A stretch of 64,000 bases of DNA. It comes from Octopus vulgaris (lineage: Eukaryota). Where the stretch lies: NCBI GenBank assembly GCA_951406725.2, contig OX597822.1:35154001-35218000 (forward strand), written 5' to 3'. Positions 37,380-49,599 of the stretch are shown one piece after another. Below the pieces are notes generated by a model, which saw only the letters and a list, made by a program, of their open reading frames with translations, made no database searches and was not told the origin of the DNA. Made by a program: the position numbers and the translations under genes. The number at the start of each line of letters is the position of its first letter. Within the stretch, counting starts at the first letter, position 1.

Positions 37380-38215
37380 GAAACAAAAAGCTGTACAGTC
37401 TGGATTTCTACGGGGAAGCTTTGGATATGATCCCACGGAACTAGCTTATTAAAATATACAAGTATATGAATTTGATGTTATCATGTTGAAATTCATTAAA
37501 GTAACAATGTATAACAGGCAGACATTCATTTCTTACGGTAACTTACAACAACGCAGAAGTGGCTGTGTGGTAAGTAGCTTGCTCACAAACCACATGGTTC
37601 TGGGTTCAGTCCCACAGCGTGGCAGCTTGGACAAGTGTTTCTACTATAGCCTCGGGCCAACCAAAGCCTTGTGAGTGGATTTGGTAGACGGAAACTGAAA
37701 GAAGCCCGTATATATATATGTGTATATATACATAAATATATGTGTGTGTGAGTGTGTGTGTGTGTGTGTCTGTGTGTGTGTGTGTGTGTGTGTCTGTGTT
37801 TGTCACCCCAACATCGCTTGACAACCGTTGCTGGTGTGTTTGCGTCGCCGTAACTTAGCGGTTCGGCTAAAGAGACCGATAGAATAAGTACTAGGCTTAT
37901 AAAGAATAAGTCCTGGGGGTTGATTTGCTCGACTAAAGGTGGTGCTCCAGCATGGCCGCAGTCAAATGACTGAAATAAGTAAAAGAGTAAAAAGAATAAA
38001 AGAGTATAAAAAGAGTAAAAGAGTAACTCAACTGAAAGAACCAACTTCATTGCAATACCTACTAGGATATTCCAATCAGACAATTCTGGTCGCCTTCGTT
38101 TCATCCTATATTTGTTAAATTTATATAGGTAAGAATAAAATTAAGTTTAGACAGAATATATGAAATGGGAAACCATATTGATGCATCGTTTCCTCTTGAT
38201 GGATGACCTAAATTC
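37380..38215 (+). pseudogene. ancient CR1/L2-like reverse transcriptase remnant interrupted by SINE A
   Basis: LDFYGEALDMIPRN (cf. LDFxKAFDxVPH) before the SINE; TRIFQSDNSGRLRFILY (cf. SGVPQGSxLGPxLFxLY) and LLMDD (cf. LFADD) after it. Confidence 0.5.
37552..38024 (+). mobile_element. SINE group A, full length, (TAAAAGAG)n tail
   Basis: Complete group A structure. Confidence 0.92.
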
Positions 38216-38616
38216 TATGTTGATAATGGTTTTCGGCTTAAGGCATGACTATTTTCTTAGCATTACCAAACAGTTTACCAATGACATTGGTATGTCATTG
38301 AGACTAGAGGAATAAACACAAGAATCTTTTTATAAAACGTAGTAGACAGACTGACCAGATAATTTGTGAATGCAGGGAGAGGTGATAATACAAGGAGCTG
38401 CACAATTAAGCAGTTTCCAAATATTTGAGTAAAATTAGATGTGCAAAAGTGCGCGAATGAGAACAAAAAGGGAACATCTCATTTCAAAAGCTAGTGCGGT
38501 CAAGGATTTTAGTTCTAGATATATCACATCAATCTGTGGCATAAACCCAGAGAATGAGAGAAATGAATATCATAGAATGTAATATAAGCAATCTAGTAAT
38601 GTGTTTAAAAACAATA

Positions 38617-38767
38617 CGAGGTGGTGCTGAAAAGTTCCCTAGCTTTGGGTAAAAGAAAATAGAGGAAGATAATTAATTATGATTTTATTCAACATCGGAA
38701 GGTTGGGCCTCCAATCAGGCCTTTCGCGATACCTTTAAAACCAAGAACTTTTCAGCACCCACTCTGT
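38617..38767. mobile_element. mariner-derived MITE
   Basis: TA|cgaggtggtgctgaaaagttc ... gaacttttcagcacccactc inverted termini; no coding capacity. Confidence 0.7.
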
Positions 38768-38944
38768 GCATACTACTGTTTATGTTTGACACACAACGAA
38801 TCATACATTTATATGTAGTGTGTTGGAAGTTACGTAAAAAAAGAGGAATATGAAGTGGAAAGAAACTTGATCCTAATAAATGACGAACTCAAGCTGAAAA
38901 CCCACCAGTATGGAGAAAACGTATCAAGTCATGCAAAAATCATT

Positions 38945-39372
38945 GGCTGTGTGGTAAGTAACGTGCTTACGAACCACATGGTTCCGGGTTCAGTCCCACT
39001 GCGTGGCACCTTATGCAAGTGTGTTCTACTATAGCCTCGAGCCGACCAAAGCCTTGTGAGTGGATTTTGTAGACGGAAACTGAAAGAAGCCCGTCGTATA
39101 TATGTATATATCTATGTGTGTGTGTGTATGTGTGAGTGTGTATGTGTGAGTGTGTGTGTGTGTCTGTGTTTGCCCTCCCAACATCGCTTGACCACAGATG
39201 CTGGTGTGTTTATGTCCCCGTAACTTAGCGGTTCGGCAAAAGAGATTGATAGAATAAGTACTAGGCTTACAAAGAATAACTCCTGGAGCCTATTTGCTCG
39301 ACTAAAGGCGGTGCTCCAGTATGGCCACAGTCAAATGACTGAAACAAGTAAAAGAGATAAAACAGTAAAAGA
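38945..39372 (+). mobile_element. SINE group A, full length
   Basis: Complete group A structure. Confidence 0.92.
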
Positions 39373-40254
39373 GGCCATAGTCGCAGCGACGGACTTCAGA
39401 TAAATTCTCAATGGATTATGTGAGATGTATTATACTGTTATAATCTCATACATAATCCTGCAGAGCGTGTATTATTGGTGATGATTGTGTAGAATGTTTT
39501 GTATTGCTATGTCGTGCAAGGACTGCGTAGAATATGCACTATAAACATTATTTTATATCTGGTGAGTGGTAATTCTATAAAGTATTATATGCAGACTGTA
39601 TAACATTATATTATTGGTGTAGTGGTGATTATATAGAGTATGTGTTGTATTGCTGATATAATTTGGGAAGTGTCATAATAAATAAAGCTTATAAGCCTAT
39701 AAACACATCCATCGTTTGTTGTTTATCTCTATTTGCCTTGTTGCTTCAAAACAGTTGTCATCTGTTATGTTCATGCAAAATATTTTTCAATATTTCCTCA
39801 TCAATACACATTAAAAATGTGATATGTTGATGTAATGAAAAATATTTTGATATACATAAATAAACAGCATCTGCTTTGGCAAAAGAAGAGAAATACAAAC
39901 AAACAATATTTGATCGTGAACATAGCCTTTATTATTTATGCCATTTCCCAAATATAACAATATTGGTTTCAACACGGCTTCTGATCAATACTATAACAAA
40001 AACAAATTCAAAATCGAAATATGTTCTGTGCATTTTACTAAATCAATGTATGATATATATTTTGTGTCCTACGCATAATTTTTCATTCCATTTCTCCGCA
40101 TTCCTTTTACTTCTTACACTACCACCTTAAATTATATATATCACACAAACAGTAACCTGTGTTTGTAATGTCCCTCTTAGCTGATGTCCTTGTCCAAATA
40201 AAAGAAAATCATCGTTATTTTTATTATTATTATCATTATTATTCTTATTAAGAA

Positions 40255-40625
40255 TGCAGAGTGCTGGCAGACTTGTTAGCACACCGGAACAAAAATGCTC
40301 AACAGCATTTCGTCCACCTTTACATCCTGAGTTCAAATTCCACCGGGATCGATTTTGCTTTTTACCCTTCCGGTGTCGATAAACCAAATACCAGTCAAGT
40401 AGTGGGGGGTATGTAATCGACTTCCTCGGTAACCCAAAATTTCAGGCTTCGTGCCTATAGTAGGAAAGAATTACTACTATATTTATTAGGGTGGCGAGTT
40501 ACCACGCCCGTCAAAATTCTAAGCAGCATTCCGTCCTTCTTTACATTTTGAGCTCAATTGTCACCGAGTCGGATTTTGCCTTTCCTCTTTTCGGGGTCGA
40601 TAAATAAAGCACCAGTTCAACACTA
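40255..40625 (+). mobile_element. two SINE group B copies
   Basis: gctggcagacttgttagc...gagttcaaattcc...; cttttcggggtcgataaat. Confidence 0.75.
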
Positions 40626-40813
40626 TTATTATCATTAATTTTGTATATGACACTCTTAGTTATATTTATCAATGTATATGATATGCAAATGCTTTATTCA
40701 CCATAGAGAAAAATAAAAATACAGTTTATTAAAATGCTCTTTAGACGGCGAACTGGCAGAAACGAAAGCGCGCCGGGAGAATGCTTACCAGTATTTCGTC
40801 AGTCTTTACGTTT

Positions 40814-40999
40814 GTGGAGGCACATGGCCTAGTGATTATAGCAGCGGTCGAGAGATTGCGGGTTCGAATCTCAGACCGGGCGAGGTGTGTGTTTATGAGC
40901 GAAACACCTAAGCTCAACGCGGCTCCGGCAGAAGGTAATGGCGGACTTCCGCTGACACTTTCGCACAAATTTCTCTCACTCTTTCCTCCTGCATCTTGT
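40814..40999 (+). mobile_element. SINE group C (tail type 2, truncated), directly after a group B head at 40744-40812
   Basis: gtggaggcacatggcctagtg...ggttcgaatctcagaccggg...cacctaagctc. Confidence 0.82.
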
Positions 41000-41097
41000 C
41001 ATCTTTATCATTTACATTTTGCGTAGCTAAAGTGATTATACAACAGGTTTATATATGAGAAGAAAAAATAACTGCCTGGAATGATGCTAATATATAT

Positions 41098-42105
41098 TTT
41101 TTTTTCTCTAGTTTCAGCTCAGAGCTGCGGCCATGCTGATGCACCGCCGTTTTGTGCTACACTGTTATTGCGAAGAACCTCGTCTAATATGTGGCACTTG
41201 GTGAAGAATGGACTTTGATATAGCTACTCTCATTTGCACCTCTTGCCGTGAGGTAGGTTCATCTGGGACTCTCGACAGGAAGATGTCCAGCTTTGATTTA
41301 AAAACCGCTACATCTACTTTGTGCAAGTTTCTCAGACTCTTTGGGAGAATATTAAAAAGCTGTGGGCCCTTGAAATCCAGGCTGTTGCAGATGCTGGTCC
41401 TGAAGCGTGATGGCATTACTGGGATCTTTGGCACTATGCAGTGTCGTCCGGTTCTAGCACTGGTGTAGCTTACAATGCCAAAATTTGGCACAATTCCTTC
41501 TAGGATCTTCCAGACATATATTACTGCATACCTCTCCCGTCTTCTATCCAGGGAGTAGAGTCTTAGCTGTTTCAACCTTTCCCAGTAGCGGAGCTGTTGC
41601 AAAGAGACGATCTTCTTTGTGAATTTTCTCTGGATTGCTTCAAGGTCCGCTGTTAATTTTACACTGGAAGGTGACCATAGCTGTGAGCAGTAATCCAGGC
41701 GGCTGAGGACGAATGTCCGCCAGAGGACCATCATGGTTTCCTTATCTCTCGTTCTGAATGTTCTTAGGATCCACCCAGCCAGTCGTCTGCACTTTGTCGC
41801 CATCCTGGTAATGTGCACTTGGAAAGAGGTATCATCACTCATGTCGATACCCAGGTCCCTCACAGACTTAGGCTCTGGGATTGAAATTCCCTGTGGACCG
41901 GTGTATCCTGTAAGTTTAATATTCAGTTTTGGATGCTGGTAGCGCAAGGCCTGTAATTTTTCAGCATTAAACTGCGTATTATTATCCTCAGCCCATCTGT
42001 AGATTGAGTCCAACTCCTGCTGCAGGTGTGCAACATCGCTGGGGTTCTGTATTTTCTGCGAGACTTTCGTATCGTCTGCATAGCTGGCCAGAATGGCTAT
42101 CCCGG
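41098..42105 (-). mobile_element. 5'-truncated CR1-group LINE with intact 3' UTR
   Basis: Open frame 42103-41165; 3' UTR ending ggcggtgcatcagcatggccgcagctctgagctgaaac plus A-rich tail. Confidence 0.9.
41165..42103 (-). CDS. LINE ORF2 C-terminal fragment (RT from YADD through thumb), no start codon
   Basis: In-frame ASYADDTKV upstream of the listed ORF; FNAEK, VRDLGI, ILRTF, RLDYCSQLWSP, LEAIQRKFTK, YWERLKQLRLYSLDRRR motifs of CR1/L2-group RTs. Confidence 0.85.
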   Translation of the reverse strand, partial: GIAILASYADDTKVSQKIQNPSDVAHLQQELDSIYRWAEDNNTQFNAEKLQALRYQHPKLNIKLTGYTGPQGISIPEPKSVRDLGIDMSDDTSFQVHITRMATKCRRLAGWILRTFRTRDKETMMVLWRTFVLSRLDYCSQLWSPSSVKLTADLEAIQRKFTKKIVSLQQLRYWERLKQLRLYSLDRRRERYAVIYVWKILEGIVPNFGIVSYTSARTGRHCIVPKIPVMPSRFRTSICNSLDFKGPQLFNILPKSLRNLHKVDVAVFKSKLDIFLSRVPDEPTSRQEVQMRVAISKSILHQVPHIRRGSSQ

Positions 42106-42131
42106 GAGATATATATATATATATATATATA

Positions 42132-43112
42132 CTAGCATTATGACCCGGCCTTGCCGGGTCATAGTGCTAGTTTGGTATAAATTTGTTAAATTAAAAACAT
42201 GGGGTAATAAAACATACAATGACATATTAAAAAGACGAATTAAAATTCCAGAGAAAAATACATAGGAGATAAAAATATACAAATGTACAAAAATGCATAA
42301 AAGTTCATCGTTTCGGAGATACACCAATTAATATGAAACATATGATATATTTAGAATTGACACTCCCCTCGTCAGGATGTTTTTTTACACACAACACATA
42401 GTACACGGAAACAAATGCATAATTACATACCTGCTACATGCGAAAGACCAGACATTACATGCTCCCAAAAATTCTCATAGATACTGAATGCTACTTTATA
42501 AGCATATAATTTAATCTAGCAGCTATAGTAAATGGTAATGCGCATAGCTCCATCTGGACTAATTCACTTCTGCACTCAATTAAATGTTTCATCTTTTAAT
42601 TTCTCCCATTAATGCAAAGCCACATATTCGAGTTCAAGTCCTTGATACATTTCATACTAATTGCTATTTTAATTGTTATATTACGATTTAATTACCATTT
42701 TAATAAAATAAAATATATTTAATTACTACTTACTATATTTACTATAGTTAATTCAATTGTTAATATTACCTCTAACTTTTCTTGCAATGTTTATTTCTAA
42801 ATTTCTTATGGAACGTCGAGTGGATCTTATGCGTACTATATATTTTTTATATGATGTTTATATATTCATATATTACTATATATTTCTAAACGACGGGCTT
42901 TATGCCTGTTCTGTAGATATAAAGGAATATATGAATATATGCATGTGTTTGATCTTTCTGTGGATTTTGTAGTGCTCTTGCAGTTGCTGCTCGCATTGCC
43001 TCCCTTCGGATTAAAAAGTGTATACAGCTCATTTGAGCACTACTATTCCAGTCTGTTATATATTTTGAGCGTTGTTGTCACTAACGATCTCAAGATATAA
43101 CTTCATATTTTG

Positions 43113-43167
<55 letters not shown>

Positions 43168-43404
43168 CATATACATACAATAGAGAGATATTTTCGTTTC
43201 ACTTTTAACACGTAATACTGAAATAGTGAAGATATGATATTCCTGTGGGCTCGCTCTAGGCAAGAATTTAAACATTGTTTTTGCCCATGACGCTACATGG
43301 CCCCTAAGTAAAGCATGTGTAAAATTTGAATGAAATTGGTTGTGTAGTTCTCAAGTTTTAGGGAAACCCACAGACAGACATTCTCAGTTTTACATATATA
43401 TAGA
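42132..43404 (-). mobile_element. ~1.27-kb non-autonomous Helitron, family H4
   Basis: Minus-strand 5' A|TCTATATATATGTAAAA...gtctgtctgt; 3' hairpin gacccggcaaggccgggtc followed by CTAG|T at 42132. Confidence 0.72.
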
Positions 43405-43643
43405 TATACCACACTGTCATCGTTAAATGGAGGGGCTGTTCTATAATGTACATAACAGCGATTAACTTATTTTGTGTTTGAATCAGCCGGGAGGTATTAA
43501 GGAATGAATAGGTAAATAATCGTTTCAGGTAATGTCACATAGGGTGCTGGTATTGTTATATAGGCATAATTTAGTAATACGGTAGAGCTATCGAAATATA
43601 AATGTTAACATTTCATTCTAAATAAAACAATATGTACTCGCAT

Positions 43644-44657
43644 GGTGGCGAGTTGGCAGAAACGTTAGCACGCCGAACGAAATGCTAAGCGGTATTTCGT
43701 TTGCCGTTACGTTCTAAGTTCAAATTCCGCCGAGGTCGACTTTGCCTTTCATACTTTCGGGGTCGATAAATTTAGTACCAGTTACGCACTGGGATCGATG
43801 TAATCGAGTTAATCCTTTTGTCTGTCCTTGGTTTTCCCTTCGTCTGCCCCTACGTTCTGAGTTCAAATGCCGCCGAGGTCGACTTTGCCTTTCATTCTTT
43901 CGGGGTCGATAAATTTAGTACCAGTTATGCACTGGGGTCGATGTAATCGACTTAATCCCTTTGTTTCTCTTTGTTTGTCCCCTCTATGTTTAGCCCGTTA
44001 TGGGAAATAAAGAAATAAGAAAGCTTTAGCACGCCGAGCGGAATGCTTAGCTGTATTTCTTCTGTCGTTACGTTCTGAGTTCAAATTCCGCCGAGGTCGA
44101 CTTTGCCTTTCATCCTTTCGGGGTCGATTAAATAAGTACCGGTTACGCACTGGGGTCGATGTAATCCCTTTGTTTGTCTTTGTTTGCCCCCTCTATGTTT
44201 AGCCCCTAAATATGTACTCTAAAGGCGGCAAGCTTGCAGAAACGTTAGCACGCCGGGCGAAATACTTAGTTGTATTTCTTGTCTTCACACTCCGAGTTCA
44301 AATTCCACCGAGGTCGACTTTGCCTTTCGGGGTCGATGCATTAAGTACCAATTATACACTGGGGTCGATCTAATCGACTGGTCCCCTCCCCTAAAATTTC
44401 AGGGCTTGTGCTTAGATTAGAAAATAATATGTGCTCTCAATTGGTTTCGAATTTTGGCACAAGGCCAGGAATTTCGAGGTGGAGAGGGTTAAGTTGATTA
44501 CATCGACTCAAGTGCTCAACTAGAACTTACTGTATCGACCTCGAAAGCATGAAGGGCTAAGTCAACTTGATGGAATTTGAACTCAGAATGTAAAGACGGA
44601 CGAAATGCCGCTAAGCATTCTGCCTGGTGTGCTAAGGGATCTGCCTGCTCGCCGCCT
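43644..44657. mobile_element. SINE group B cluster (+ multimers 43644-44422; - copy 44450-44657)
   Basis: Group B units; repeated target aatatgt(a/g)ctc. Confidence 0.9.
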
Positions 44658-45480
44658 TTGTGTGGATACAAATACTGAAAGGGCCGTTTCAATTCTAAAT
44701 ATAATGTTAATAGTAAGGATACTAATAATCTTATTTAGTGTTATACGTCTTAATGTACCATTCGTAAGGGGATGACTAAGTCGACCATGACGGGATTTGA
44801 ACCCAGAATTTGAACCCAGAGAGAGGAGGAGGTAGAGGAGGACAAGAGTAACAAGATGGAAAACGAACAAGATGGTGACGATGATGATGAAGAGGAGGGG
44901 GAGGAAAAGGAGAGGAGGAGGTGGAGGAGGTCAACGATGCTGATGATGAAAGAGAAGGAGAAGACTGAAGAAAGGTTGTATAGATTTCCGGGCCGTGTAC
45001 TTCAGTCTGTCATATCTATAAATATCAAATATCTCCTGTATACTGTTATACAAGTATCTATCTCTTTATACAATAACTAATGGCATCTTTAATTCACTAA
45101 TATTGGAGTCATCAATATTTACATCAACCTCATCATCATCGTTATTATGTGGATAATCATGAAAGACTCAAGGAGCAATGCGTATGACATACCTTAAACA
45201 TCTATTAAGCAAGTTAATTCTCCTACTAAAATTATACATCCTTTTCCTATCTCTTGCCTCCTTGACATTAATTGCTTTTACAAAATAGTATTCCATGGAT
45301 GGGATGCTAAACAAAATCACTGATGAAAGGATATTTTTGTGCGAGAGTAAAGCATGCAATATTGAACACAAGCTACGCAGTTATGATGAAAACCTCAATC
45401 ACTACCTATATTCTGAATGTTTACGAAGTTCTAAAATCGACAATTTTACTAAGGTTTATATAAATACATACATGCATAAA

Positions 45481-45892
45481 GGCGCAGGAGTGGCTGTGTG
45501 GTAAGTAGCTTGCTAACCAACCACATGGTTCCGGGTTCAGTCCCACTGCGTAGAATCTTGGGCAAGTGTCTTCTGCTATAGCTCCGAGTTGACCAATGCC
45601 TTGTGAGTGGATTTGGTAGACGGAAACTGAAAGAAGCTTGTCGTATATATGTTTATGTATGTGTGTGTGTTTGTGTGTCTGTGTTTGTCCCCCTAGCATT
45701 GCTTGACAACCGATGCTAGTGTGTTTACGTCCCCGTCACTTAGCGGTTCGGCAAAAGAGACCGATAGAATAAGTACTGGGCTTACAAAGAATAAGTCCCG
45801 GGGTCGATTTGCTCGACTAAAGGCGGTGCTCCAGCATGGCCGCAGTCAAATGACTGAAACAAGTAAAATGGTAAGAGAGAGAGAGTAAAAGA
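45481..45892 (+). mobile_element. SINE group A, full length
   Basis: ggcgcaggagtggctgtgtggtaag (A-box-like), ggttcagtccc (B-box-like), ttgggcaagtgtctt CORE-like block, tail ggcggtgctccagcatggccgcagtcaaatgactgaaac. Confidence 0.93.
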
Positions 45893-46016
45893 GCATACGT
45901 ACATACATAGATCTCTGCGTATGTGTGTGTGTGGGGTGTGTGCGCTCGCGAGTATGTAATGTATAGAAAAGAAAAACACGACAGGAGTGTTTATTCATAA
46001 AATATGTAGTTACACC

Positions 46017-46129
46017 TATATTTAAGAGATGAGTAATTATGTTCATTATTTACATTATTTACATATGACGGATTTTAACAAAATAAGATGAGGACAAATA
46101 TCCGTCAAATGTAAATAATGTAAATAATG
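46017..46129. mobile_element. 113-bp fold-back insertion with 14-bp TSD
   Basis: TSD tatgtagttacacc at 46003-46016 and 46130-46143; inverted arms cattatttacattatttacatatgacggat / atccgtcaaatgtaaataatgtaaataatg. Confidence 0.75.
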
Positions 46130-49100
46130 TATGTAGTTACACCATCTTACACGCATATCATTAACGGTGAAAAGTACCAGTTATTATATAAATGGAAAAT
46201 TTTAAAGTTGTATGCAATGTCCAAACTTCAGAGATGACTGTGAAGTCCAACTAAATGGAATTCTGACTATAATATAGCCGGATACTCACACAAAATTCAT
46301 ACAAAGTCAAGCTGCTGACCACCAATTACTTGGAGATCTCTTGAAAACCAACCAATTATTATTACCCGTAATAATAAGGATAAAAACTGCAAAAAATACA
46401 TTTAATCGTTATTATGGTACGTTATTTTAAACATTGAAATATTTGGTAACATCATGAAATCTATCAATAATGCTAAAAGTGATGATGGGACTTTAAAAGT
46501 AAAAAGTACTCTAGCAAATTCATCAGAATCATGTTAAGGTCAGAAGAAGTTTGCAAAGAACACAAAGACGATTATCCCCATCACAGTCACCGATGATGAA
46601 AATCAGTGAAGAAGCACCTACGTTTTCGCAAGTTTCACTAGAAACCTGCTGGAAAGATTGCTCCAATGCATCAGCTGAACTACTGGCAGAGAGTGAAAAT
46701 CTTACTACTCGTCTCGTTCATGTAAAGAAGGGTAAGCTCTGCAGTAATTTACATCTCTAAGGAATTAGAAAGGACTAGTCCCAAACTGTGTTCCCTTCTT
46801 GGAAAGAGAACACCACAGTTTGGTACAGAACTAGGCAAGACTTGAATATTACCTTAAAATTCTCTCCTCCCATCTAGACTTAAAGCTGGATACTTCAACC
46901 GCTTAGGGTTACAAGGACTACAGTCATTCAAAAACTTTCTCAAAAGCATTAAAATGTAGCGTGCACAAATCTCCAACAATACTTAAATACCCTTCTCTAT
47001 AGGACTCTGCAAAAACCTAAATCTCAGCAAGTGCCGCATAGGAGAGTAATGGAATCAAACTCTTTAATGTTTCAATTACCAAAGACAGAATGAAGTAGGT
47101 ATTAATTGTGACAGGCCAAAGTATAATACATTTACCCAAAATACCACTCAAAGTTATCGAGCTTAATTGCAAACTGATTTTCTTAACCCCACAACCATGC
47201 CTGCCTCCTTGATGCCAAATTTCTCTGGACTGTTGAATCCAGTACAGTACTGTTCAAATATCATTGATTCGGTGGTGATACAAAAGCAACGAAGCCTGAA
47301 ATGTGAAACCAGAACCATAAGACTAACAATGGATTTCTATTTTATTGACAAGGACGTATGTTTATCTGAAGAAATAAATGGAATGCTAGTTGTTCATGTT
47401 TTACCAATACCATTAACAGTGTAACTGCGTTAACTGAATTCAACAGGAAATCCGATCAACCCAACCTTAAATTTTGCAATACACTATTCCCATACGAAAC
47501 GGAAGATCTGTTTGTTACCTGAGAGGGACACTAAAATAAAAGGATATAAAAGTATTGAATTGTTTCTAATATATGACTCGCACATATTTTCTCAATCCCA
47601 GAATATTTAAAAGAGAAGTCGCTCCCGGTGGAATTATAAATCGGAAGATGGTACAGTAACAAAACTTTATATCGGTTTATTTCAAACGAAGCGTAAATCT
47701 CTTTTGTTTTATTATAGGATAGAAATAAGATATAGAGAAGTTTGTACCATTCCTAAAAGATGTAAATTGAAACTATATGGCTGTAATGGCTTGCCAGGAG
47801 CTTACACATGTTCTGGCTAGCACATCGACAATAGCAAATATTGTAAAGCATTTGGAAATATATATCACAACCATCTCCACAGCGCTATATTACGGAATAT
47901 TAACGACATAGAATCTGTTCACTTCACAGCCATGTTTGAAAAATACCTGTAAGGGATATGCATATTGTAAGCGTATGAGAAGAATTAATTTCTTTGAAGT
48001 TCTTTAATGTCCTGTTTGTTTACTTTAACGCTACATACATGTTGAATTTCAATGAATTTACTGTGAGCCATTCAGAAAATAATTGTGGAGAATACATTGT
48101 TTGGAAACTTATGAGATTTGTATTCAGATAAACCACCATGCATACTAAAAATCTCATTCTATTTCTTGTATGGATAATCGACCTGTCTCCAACGGGTCGA
48201 TTATTTCATATATCACCTCGTAAAGCACCAAGACGAGTTATCAGCGACGCTTCCCAGAGTCAATCAGCTTACAAACACTTGACAAGCTCGTCCAGACAAC
48301 TCAGCTGTGTCCAGGTTGTGCTCAACCACATCCATAGCTAACACACCCTGGTCAAGGGTTACCTTGAAGAAACTTCTATTGCAACGGTGGCTAACTTGAT
48401 AGCGTTTCTCCTACTGCCATACGATACGTAGTATATAGTACACTTTCTAGCAAGACTGGTCTCCCTGTTCCTTGCTACGAGTCGAAATCGTATGTATATT
48501 AATCAAGTGAATTTAGAAATGTAAGGAAGGTAAGTAATAAACACAGATGTCTATACATTAAATGATATAACATTGTTTTGTTTTGTTTTTCCTGTGCACT
48601 TGAAAAGTCGATGTCTGGAAAATAATTTAGATTTTCATTGGAACTGTATGAGAGACTATACAATAACATTTGAAAAAAATATAGAAATACTTTGTGATGA
48701 ATATTCATGGTTATTAAATATACTTTTATAATTCTCATGCGTAACTTTTTTACTTTGCAGAAAAACAATTTTGAACTGAAGATTTCAGCTAATATTCCAA
48801 AGTGAATATTTTATTAGAAGTCATTCCCCAGACAGTGGCAGCAGCCAGCAATAAATCAGACATGAAGCCACTAATTATTACATCAGAACTTATACAAGAA
48901 ACGGAAAGAAAAGAATCCAATGAAAAGCTTCCCTACGGATGAAAGAAAAACCCTTGAAAGAATTATAAAGAAACTTAAAATCATATTTCTTTGGAGAACA
49001 AAATGAGAGTTGTATCAGACAAATGGAAGAAATTTTCTAGAGTAGAAATGCTTCTTACAGGAAAGCACAATAACAGTCAAAGAATGAGAATTTACGGTAG

Positions 49101-49599
49101 AATGAGTCGCAATAAGATGCAATAGAAGAAGATGCAGTGTCCATGGAGTAGTTATGGCAGAGAAACAAGGAAGCAATGTCTCAGTAATGGGAGGTGATGG
49201 TGATTGGGTGGGGATTATGTTCTAGGTCAGTTGCCCCAAAAAAAAAAACTAATAGTTTTAGAAACTCACTTTTGCGTTCGGTCTAGGAGAGGAAGAATAC
49301 AACTGGAGCACCAAGCCATAATAATAGAACTTAATAGAACTAATATAACCATTACAAGGAAGGTTTGTGGTAAAGGTTATCCTTAAAAGACAAAGCGGTC
49401 TTCACGTGAAAGTATTTTGATGGTTTGGTGTTACAGTTGTAGTTGCATAACCAACATAGGTGGGTGAGCTGAAATCTATAGGGACGGCAAGAATCAAATA
49501 CTCTTCTTTTGTGTGTGGGTCAGCTACGCCTAGGGTGATGTACCTGCGTTGCAAAGCAGCAGAAGTCATTAACAGTGCGTTCCAGTGTGGGTAACAATA

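Noticed and set aside
48174-48204. 13-bp hairpin ataatcgacctgt-ctcca-acgggtcgattat
   Set aside because: Isolated; no CTRR end, poly-T or repeat context to assign function.
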